NCBI GenBank assembly: GCA_038741355.1
Contig: JAVYLC010000007.1
Span: 17,851-49,850 of the forward strand
DNA length: 32,000 nucleotides
Source of the DNA: Nitrososphaerota archaeon
Lineage (GTDB): Archaea; Thermoproteota; Nitrososphaeria_A; Caldarchaeales; Calditenuaceae
Reading direction: 5' to 3'
Below are positions 27,270 to 32,000 of this stretch, piece by piece; within the stretch, counting starts at the first letter, position 1, and every line of letters starts with the position of its first letter. The position numbers and the translations under genes were made by a program. The notes beneath the pieces are model-generated. The model did not search any database, had not been told where the DNA came from, and worked only from the letters and a program-made list of their open reading frames with translations.

Positions 27270-28148
27270 ATGTCTATTCAGTGGGTTTTTATAACCGTAT
27301 CAAACCTCAGCAAGTCTTTAAAATTCTATACAGGGGTTTTGGGACTATCCGTTCTTTCATGGCTGGGGGATAAGGTCGTGCTTGGGGTGGCCGGCGGTCC
27401 GCCGCTTCTGATACTTAGGGAGAAGAGGGGTGCGTTGCCTAAGCCTGAGGACAGGCGTGGCCTCTACCACTTCGCACTCTGCATGCCCTCTAGGCTGGAT
27501 TTGGCTAGGATGTTTTTGAGGCTTGCCGAGTATTGGGAGATTGACGGTGCATCAGACCATCTGGTGAGTGAGGCACTCTACCTGCGGGACCCTGACGGCC
27601 ATGGGATTGAGGTCTATGCCGATAGACCCTCGACAGGTCGGGGTCGGGGGCCCGACGGGTTCATACGCATGACCACGTTACCGCTCAACCTCGACTCGTT
27701 GCTAGGTGAGTTAAAGGGTGAGGGAAGGAGTATGGCCCTCTCAGAGGATTGGGAGGCCCCATCAGGAACCAAGATTGGTCACATTCATTTACATGTCTCG
27801 AGGCTTGAGAGGGCTGAGGAGTTTTACCATAGGCTACTGGGCTTTAACATCACTTTTAGGCTGGGTGGCTCGGCCCTCTTCATGTCATCCGGAGACTATC
27901 ACCACCACATAGGTGCCAATACGTGGGCTGGCGTGGATGCACAGCCACCCTCGGAGGAGCACGTACGTCTTGAGAGCTTCGCCATAAACCTAGGCAGCGC
28001 TGACCGGCTAGAAGAAGTGAAGGCCAAGCTGTTGGAGAAAGGCGTTGTCGTGAATGATGCGCTGGTGAACAGTTTCGAGGGTTTCGTCGGCTCCAGTGTG
28101 AAGGACTTTGATGATAACGTGGTGGAGCTGATAATCCCACAAAGGTAG
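27270..28148 (+). CDS. Two-domain VOC (glyoxalase / extradiol dioxygenase-like) family protein
   Basis: 292 aa. Two repeats of the VOC module: FYTGVLGL..YHFAL..DHLVSEALYLRDPDGHGIEVYADRP, then IGHIHLHVS..FYHRLLGF..HHHIGANTW. This resembles CatE-like ring-cleavage dioxygenase homologs. Confidence 0.75.
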   Translation: MSIQWVFITVSNLSKSLKFYTGVLGLSVLSWLGDKVVLGVAGGPPLLILREKRGALPKPEDRRGLYHFALCMPSRLDLARMFLRLAEYWEIDGASDHLVSEALYLRDPDGHGIEVYADRPSTGRGRGPDGFIRMTTLPLNLDSLLGELKGEGRSMALSEDWEAPSGTKIGHIHLHVSRLERAEEFYHRLLGFNITFRLGGSALFMSSGDYHHHIGANTWAGVDAQPPSEEHVRLESFAINLGSADRLEEVKAKLLEKGVVVNDALVNSFEGFVGSSVKDFDDNVVELIIPQR

Positions 28149-28220
28149 GCTGATCCTAGGCAAGAAATAGATAATCATCCCCTGAATAATAGTTCTCGCC
28201 ACTTCTCTACAGGTAGTGTC

Positions 28221-28240
28221 CGGATAAACATGTTTATCCG
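28221..28240. promoter_or_regulatory. Perfect 20-bp palindrome CGGATAAACATGTTTATCCG in the 253-bp intergenic region; candidate dimeric transcription-factor site
   Basis: Read directly: 28221-28230 cggataaaca and 28231-28240 tgtttatccg are exact reverse complements. A TATA-like TATTATAA lies about 25 nt downstream on the + strand. Confidence 0.5.
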
Positions 28241-28401
28241 CCCTCCTCGCCCTAGCGTTTAGTATTATAATGCGGACCATTTCTATTACGCTTAAAACAA
28301 CTCGACACTGAATACGCAACATCTCTCACCGAGGTCTTATCCCCCTAGATATGGAAGGATTTTTATTCTGTATTTGTGGTTGAGATGGTTGGGGGAGGGT
28401 T

Positions 28402-28689
28402 TTGGAGCTGAGTGATTGTCAGAGGTTGATGGCGAGGATATATGGCGAGCGTGACACTGCGCGGGGCGCTGAGAGGACGCTACTCTGGATGCTCTCAGAG
28501 GCCGGAGAGGTGGCCGACGCCTATATTAAAAACTCTAAAAATATTGGGCCCGAGTTCGCTGACCTCTTGGCATGGATGCTCAGCACATGTAATGTCTTGG
28601 GGATTGATATTCAGAAGGAGTTTATCTCAAGATATGGTGCAGGCTGTCCGCGCTGCGGCCAAATACCCTGCAGATGCCCCGCTCGCTAG
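28402..28689 (+). CDS. Small MazG-like all-alpha nucleoside triphosphate pyrophosphohydrolase domain protein with a C-terminal Cys cluster
   Basis: 95 aa. RTLLWMLSEAGEVADAY ... FADLLAWMLSTCNVLGIDIQKEF resembles the MazG/YpjD-type EexxE/D helices. The C-terminus is GCPRCGQIPCRCP. The start is TTG 28402 or ATG 28429. TTTTTATT lies about 30 nt upstream. Confidence 0.6.
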   Translation: MELSDCQRLMARIYGERDTARGAERTLLWMLSEAGEVADAYIKNSKNIGPEFADLLAWMLSTCNVLGIDIQKEFISRYGAGCPRCGQIPCRCPAR

Positions 28690-28850
28690 TCCCGGCTCCT
28701 CTTCTTCACGATCTTGATCCTGCAGAGCAGGTAGTCTCCATCCTTAATGTCGAAGATCTTCCTAATCTCTTCCGGGATGGTGATACGTCCTCCTGCTGTC
28801 ACTTCTGCGAAGAAGGGCACGTCCTCCTCCTTAACCGTTACCTCGCTCAT
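28686..28850 (-). CDS. AbrB/SpoVT/MazE-fold DNA-binding protein (54 aa)
   Basis: My own translation (below the track's size cut-off): MSEVTVKEEDVPFFAEVTAGGRITIPEEIRKIFDIKDGDYLLCRIKIVKKRSRD. GRITIPEEIR..DIKDGD is the classic SpoVT-AbrB swapped-hairpin motif. TTAAAAAA lies 24 nt upstream and GAGGTG just before the ATG. Its stop overlaps the MazG-like stop by 4 nt (convergent). Confidence 0.6.
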   Translation of the reverse strand: MSEVTVKEEDVPFFAEVTAGGRITIPEEIRKIFDIKDGDYLLCRIKIVKKRSRD

Positions 28851-28892
28851 CGCACCTCTCACACATCATTCATCTTTTTTAATCTTAGCTTT

Positions 28893-29864
28893 TCAGCTAA
28901 GGACCTCCACGCCCCCACCTATACCCGACACCAGCACGTTGAAGCCGCCTCCGCGAATCTCCTCTGCGACGGCATCAACATATTCTGGGAGGGTGTTTAC
29001 GTAGACGGTTGGTCCTGTCTGCATCGAGAAGTAGGCTGCTATGCCTCTCCCCCTCAGCCTCTTGACGATCTCTATAACCCGTAAGCACTCAGGTGTCATG
29101 AGTATCGTTCCTCGGGCACCAGTCATGGTTACCGCGTGGAGCTCAAGCGAGTCCCTCTCCACGAGCTCTCCGAACCTCTTGAAGTCACCGTCCTTAATCG
29201 CTCTCTCCAGCTCTATGCATCGCCTGTTGGCCGACTCGACCCTTGACCGGAGGAATGGTGAGGTCTCAGCCTCCCTGTGCGCAGTCTCTGTTGAGACATC
29301 AAGCCAAAGCGGGACAATAACGTATCTTATATCTAGATCGGTGGCGTCACCTATTCTCACCGCATAGCTGTCCTCGTCGCTTGACCCGGCCAACCACTTG
29401 GCATACGCACCCACGACCGAGCGGCAGGCCGAGCCTGCCAATAGCCTTGCGATTCTCGATAGGAGCCTGAGGTCCCATCCGAACTTCTTGTCGAGCGAGG
29501 CGGCCTTGTAAGCAGCCGCGGCTATCGCGGCTCCTGCGGACGAGGAGAAACCCATGCCCTTAGCCCTTATCTTCGGGTGGTTTTCAGCCTCCACAATACA
29601 TCTATCATCGATACCCGCTAGGGCCCTCACCTTATCTATCACCGCTATGACACGCTCTCGGGAGCGACCCTCAAGCTGGACACCGCCTGACAGAACCGCA
29701 TCACTCTCATACGATCCAAACGATACACGCGCAGTGGTGTATGCAACATCAGTGTTCACTGATATGCTGTCATGGTAAGGAATCCTCAGGCTCCAATCCC
29801 TTAGGCCATGATACTTTACGAGGGCCTGCATTGTGTAGGCCTTAGCAACCGCGCCCCTAGCCAC
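28893..29864 (-). CDS. GHMP-kinase superfamily, diphosphomevalonate decarboxylase (MVD)-like protein, non-canonical
   Basis: 323 aa. ALVKYHGLRD (compare MVD KYWGKRD), GHMP motif II KGMGFSSSAGAAIAAAA, IARLLAGSACRSV (compare MVD ARxGSGSACRS), DSYAV. The MVD DAGPN motif reads QTGPT here. Confidence 0.65.
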   Translation of the reverse strand: MARGAVAKAYTMQALVKYHGLRDWSLRIPYHDSISVNTDVAYTTARVSFGSYESDAVLSGGVQLEGRSRERVIAVIDKVRALAGIDDRCIVEAENHPKIRAKGMGFSSSAGAAIAAAAYKAASLDKKFGWDLRLLSRIARLLAGSACRSVVGAYAKWLAGSSDEDSYAVRIGDATDLDIRYVIVPLWLDVSTETAHREAETSPFLRSRVESANRRCIELERAIKDGDFKRFGELVERDSLELHAVTMTGARGTILMTPECLRVIEIVKRLRGRGIAAYFSMQTGPTVYVNTLPEYVDAVAEEIRGGGFNVLVSGIGGGVEVLS

Positions 29865-29967
29865 GGATTAATGAACATTAACGGCTTCTATTCATAGTAT
29901 GCCTATCGGTAGGTGATGAGGGGGAAGAACCTTTTAAGCCCTACACAATATTTCTCGGCGAGCAGGA

Positions 29968-30360
29968 TTGGGGAGAATAGGCGATCCGGGAAGGAAGTAT
30001 TTCTATGAGGGGATCAGCGATTCGGAGCGGGCGGCTTTCGAGGCTGGAATCGCACTTGCCACTGCATATCACTACCTCCTCGGCCTTCCGCTACCGAGAA
30101 AACCAGCCTCAGTCAAGAAGCTGCTGGCCCAGCTGAGCGAGGGACTTGCCGCCCAGCCATTTAGAGAGAGAGTGAATGTAAGGGTTAAGGGGCTGCGTAT
30201 CGCGAGGTCGGCCTACAAGTATGGGCGTATAGATGCTAGAAACCTCGAGGTAAGCGTTGTGGTCAAATATGGTCGGAGCAGGGTCTGGGGGAGGCTGAGC
30301 TGGCTGGAGGAGCTAAACTACCCCCTCATGAGGATTGAAAAAGTTGTTCGAGGGCAGTAA
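29968..30360 (+). CDS. Archaeal dihydroneopterin aldolase (MptD)-like protein
   Basis: 130 aa. ISDSERAAFEAGIALATAYH and C-terminal WLEELNYPLMRIE resemble my memory of the archaeal DHNA/MptD family. TTG start. Moderate certainty only. Confidence 0.5.
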   Translation: MGRIGDPGRKYFYEGISDSERAAFEAGIALATAYHYLLGLPLPRKPASVKKLLAQLSEGLAAQPFRERVNVRVKGLRIARSAYKYGRIDARNLEVSVVVKYGRSRVWGRLSWLEELNYPLMRIEKVVRGQ

Positions 30361-30389
30361 TATTTTTAGCATCCTTAAAGCCTTGAGGA

Positions 30390-30509
30390 TTAATGCCTGC
30401 AGAGCGGGTCGGAGCCGCTGGCCACTTTCGCAAAGCATTCGTCGCATAGCGCCTCGCCGCGGTATATGTTGAGCCGCTTCAGAGTAACCCCACATCGCGA
30501 GCATACCAT
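30390..30509 (-). CDS. Hypothetical 39-aa zinc-ribbon micro-protein (CxxC-x15-CxxC)
   Basis: My own translation: MVCSRCGVTLKRLNIYRGEALCDECFAKVASGSDPLCRH. There is an in-frame TAG 12 codons upstream and an ATG start. TTAAAATA lies about 34 nt upstream within the palindromic element at 30537-30562. There is no family recognition. Confidence 0.35.
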   Translation of the reverse strand: MVCSRCGVTLKRLNIYRGEALCDECFAKVASGSDPLCRH

Positions 30510-30536
30510 ACGAGGCTCTACACCACTACCACCCCC

Positions 30537-30562
30537 GCCTCTCTATTTTAAGATAGAGAGGC
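30537..30562. promoter_or_regulatory. Inverted repeat GCCTCTCTAT-TTTAAG-ATAGAGAGGC (10-bp perfect arms, 6-nt spacer) carrying a TATA-like core readable on both strands
   Basis: Read directly. The arms at 30537-30546 and 30553-30562 are exact reverse complements. The AT-rich centre (CTATTTTAAGATAG) looks like an archaeal TATA box in either orientation. Confidence 0.4.
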
Positions 30563-30629
30563 CGCCGCGACCAGCTCTGGCCCACTGGCGCCAAAACCGC
30601 TTAAATATTGAGGGAGTGTCGAGTCATTT

Positions 30630-30746
30630 ATGAGGTTAAGCTGGTCCCAAGCATCTTCAACAATTCTGGGCGCGCTTGTTGGTGGGATCTGGAGCCCGGC
30701 CCCTACCTTGCTAGGCCACGGCCCCCTCCGCCTCCTTGAGAGGTAA
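30630..30746 (+). CDS. Hypothetical 38-aa ORF (speculative)
   Basis: MRLSWSQASSTILGALVGGIWSPAPTLLGHGPLRLLER. TTAAATATT ends 20 nt upstream of the ATG, which is good leaderless promoter geometry. There is no family recognition, and it could equally be non-coding. Confidence 0.15.
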   Translation: MRLSWSQASSTILGALVGGIWSPAPTLLGHGPLRLLER

Positions 30747-30819
30747 AACACCACAATTAATCCTTTTCCCGTTTGATCGCTTACCTCATAACCTTAGGAT
30801 AATGTCCCGCGTTAACGGG

Positions 30820-30976
30820 GAGACGAGGCAGGACTCGAACACGAGGAACATGATCTTCGGGGTCTACTATCTGGTCTCTTTCATCAGCATGGTTATGACG
30901 CTTGAGCCAGACGCTTCAGAAATATTACCTCTACCTCTGAGATAATATTTTCTCTCCATACCTGAGCTACCGAGGC
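30820..30976 (-). tRNA. tRNA-like gene with large insertions (putative introns); identity and integrity unresolved
   Basis: The minus strand reads GCCTCGG-TA-GCTC-AGGTATGGA-GAG.., a textbook acceptor 5' strand with U8 A9 and a D-arm. Next comes a 12-bp hairpin (30920-30950, containing one G-U pair that is valid only on the minus strand). After it, C/GTCTGG could close the D stem and open an anticodon stem. TCTGG (30911-30907) pairs with CCAGA (30874-30870) around a 32-nt segment, and a GTTCGAGTCC T-loop signature sits at 30840-30831. TTTATGTA lies 26 nt upstream of G1. The complement of the acceptor strand (CCGAGGC) is not present downstream, and the T stem does not pair as written. Confidence 0.4.
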
Positions 30977-31079
30977 CTAATATCAACAACACTTCCTACC
31001 ATTACATAAATGTATGTTCGAGAGGAAAGAATAGGGGAGGATATGGCTGGAGGCCCGTCATCTGACAACGTCTGAGAAG

Positions 31080-31154
31080 CCGGATGAAGACTGGTGCATT
31101 GCCTCGTATATTGCCGCGAGGCATTCCTAAATCCATTGCCCGGCCTTCATCCGG
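31080..31154. other. Nested inverted repeats (possible structured RNA or terminator) between the IS110-like gene and the tRNA-like gene
   Basis: The outer 10-bp stem is CCGGATGAAG (31080-31089) with CTTCATCCGG (31145-31154). The inner 7-bp stem is TGCCTCG (31100-31106) with CGAGGCA (31117-31123), with a 10-nt loop. It is followed on the + strand by TTTTT (31155-31159). Confidence 0.4.
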
Positions 31155-31167
31155 TTTTTCCCCGCCG

Positions 31168-31956
31168 TCAGGCCGGGCCTCCAGCTCTGACGTAGTTCTT
31201 GATTTTCTTCAGCAGCTCTCGAACTTCTCTTGCTTTAATCCTGTTTTTCCTGTAGTAGCTGATCGCAAGTGAATTTGCAGCCTGTTTTAGGCGATGGTTG
31301 TATTTGCCGTTGTTTGGTCTGTAAAGCCCTATGTAACATATAATTCTCCTCAACTTCGTCGTAAAGTCCACGTGTAGAAGAATGTCTGCTAGTGCAACCT
31401 TTCCATATAGACAGTTATCTGATAATTTGAGAACTTCGCATAAATTCCTATACCTGCTAATAGAAATATTCGCCATACTTATGATCTGTCGCGCCAACTT
31501 AATTTTATTTCTGCGTATGATGTTTATTGCCTCTGCAGGTGCTTCAAGTTGCCTCAGCAGCTTGAGAATGTTAAGCTGTTTATGGTATTCGGCGATGAGC
31601 TTCATCAACTCGACACATTCTACTATTACCTCGACGAAACAATCCCTATCCAACATCGATAATAATTTTGCGTCGTTCTCATCGTTCTTGGGCAGCGACA
31701 GTCTGTCTCTGTAGGCTGCTATAAGGTCTGTCCTCCTAAGCCTGAAGACACGTACTCCACGCCTCAGAAGCGCAGAAACATCTTCATACATGGTTGGCGG
31801 TATGACGTCGACGTAAACCTCATCACCTTCGACCGCTGGAATGTCAACGAGACGAGCCATCCTAACACACTTATCCCCGTCGAAGACAATATGCGGCCTC
31901 GCTCCACCTCTACCGTTTGCAGACGCGTGGACATCAACGTAGAACCTTCTCCCCAC
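31168..31956 (-). CDS. Compact IS110-family-like (DEDD RuvC-like plus Tnp-like C-terminal region) transposase/recombinase homolog
   Basis: 262 aa. FYVDVHA (compare IS110 GIDVsK), EVYVDVIPP..LLRRGVRVFRL, LPKNDENDAKLLSML (compare K-T-D-x-x-D-A-x-x-LA), and C-terminal GKVALADILLHV...ICYIGLYRPNNGKY..RLKQAANSLAI (compare GxxTAxxLLAE...YaGLxPxxxxSG..LRxaLxxaA). Most of the gene is visibly AT-richer than the rest of the window. GTG start at 31956, and the start is uncertain. Confidence 0.5.
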   Translation of the reverse strand: MGRRFYVDVHASANGRGGARPHIVFDGDKCVRMARLVDIPAVEGDEVYVDVIPPTMYEDVSALLRRGVRVFRLRRTDLIAAYRDRLSLPKNDENDAKLLSMLDRDCFVEVIVECVELMKLIAEYHKQLNILKLLRQLEAPAEAINIIRRNKIKLARQIISMANISISRYRNLCEVLKLSDNCLYGKVALADILLHVDFTTKLRRIICYIGLYRPNNGKYNHRLKQAANSLAISYYRKNRIKAREVRELLKKIKNYVRAGGPA

Positions 31957-32000
31957 CCTCCCGAGAGGCTTATAAACCTCTTTTCGGGGTCTCAGACATA

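Noticed and set aside
28008-28322. A 104-aa minus-strand ORF spanning the VOC gene's 3' end and the intergenic region.
   Set aside because: It overlaps the VOC coding region in antisense, has no motif, and its intergenic part is AT-rich promoter-like sequence. It is more likely chance.
28686-28892. A toxin-antitoxin module around the AbrB-fold gene.
   Set aside because: There is no PIN, MazF or other toxin-sized ORF adjacent on either strand. The 42-nt gap to the upstream gene leaves no room for one.
30684-30726. A minus-strand stretch, GGGGCCGTGGCCTAGCAAGGTAGGGGCCGGGCTCCAGATCCC, that looks like a tRNA 5' half with a CTCCAGA (Trp CCA) anticodon loop.
   Set aside because: The anticodon stem does not pair (CCGGG against TCCCA). 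G10-G25 would clash in the D stem. No T-arm or matching acceptor 3' strand follows, and the only rescue requires three G-U pairs.
30548-30754. The 68-aa minus-strand ORF from the track in the GC-rich gap.
   Set aside because: The GTG-initiated product is Arg/Gly/Pro-rich at its N-terminus, with no motif and no convincing promoter. I kept it only as a possible remnant and do not report it as a gene.
30560-31060. I looked for SRP (7S) RNA, RNase P RNA or box C/D sRNAs in the gene-free GC-rich segment and around GAGAGGAAAGAATAGG (31017-31036).
   Set aside because: There is no GGAAGGGAGCA-type helix-8 motif, no end-to-end pairing and no GAGGAAAGUCC CR-I match. The TGATGA (minus strand, 30886-30881) and CTGA hexamers/tetramers are in the wrong order and spacing for a C/D sRNA.
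30823-31107. The 8-mer TGCCTCGT is present on the minus strand at 30830-30823 and on the plus strand at 31100-31107, giving inverted copies that flank the tRNA-like gene. GCCTCG also recurs at the tRNA 5' end. These could be att or IR ends.
   Set aside because: Only 8 contiguous matches. The expectation for an 8-mer inverted match within a roughly 300 x 300 nt comparison is about 1, so this is not significant without extension.
1-32000. CRISPR arrays, rRNA genes, long tandem repeats, inteins or frameshifted large genes.
   Set aside because: Reading through the window, I found no regularly spaced direct repeats and no rRNA-like conserved stretches. All large ORFs have lengths typical of their families with contiguous motifs.

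Overview
This is a densely packed archaeal chromosomal segment, most likely from a hyperthermophilic crenarchaeon. Supporting signs are a reverse gyrase, a Sulfolobus-type zinc ferredoxin, many GTG/TTG starts, and AT-rich TATA-like boxes about 20-30 nt upstream of start codons, which suggests leaderless mRNAs. About 30 protein genes lie on both strands. From left to right: an Nre-like repair-associated gene that runs off the left edge and is absent from the ORF track; a co-directional thiI / tandem SagB-type nitroreductase / TtuA-NcsA-type thiolase cluster; reverse gyrase; a Nudix hydrolase; an ilvD / leuB-like / PP-loop (Dph6-like) operon; an ALDH plus FAH-family (KdaD-like) pair; a BNR-propeller surface protein; a partial peptide-type ABC importer (binding protein and one permease only); a DUF996-like membrane protein; an isochorismatase-like hydrolase; hisA-hisF-hisI; ferredoxin; YjbQ; an ICL/PEP-mutase family protein; a VOC dioxygenase-like protein; a MazG-like protein; a small AbrB-fold protein; an MVD-like GHMP protein; and an MptD-like protein. 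The right end (about 30.4-32.0 kb) looks different. It holds a long non-coding stretch, a tRNA-like gene with large hairpin insertions whose acceptor stem I could not close by eye, nested inverted repeats, and a visibly AT-richer IS110-like gene. I saw no rRNA, no CRISPR array and no recognisable defence system. I did not find a clear-cut novel system. The loci most worth a second look are the tRNA-like/IS110-like right end, the SagB-type flavoprotein embedded between two tRNA-thiolation genes, the MVD-like protein with an altered catalytic motif, and the ilvD/ALDH/KdaD-like trio. All product calls come from by-eye motif recognition and remembered family signatures; no searches or folding programs were run.
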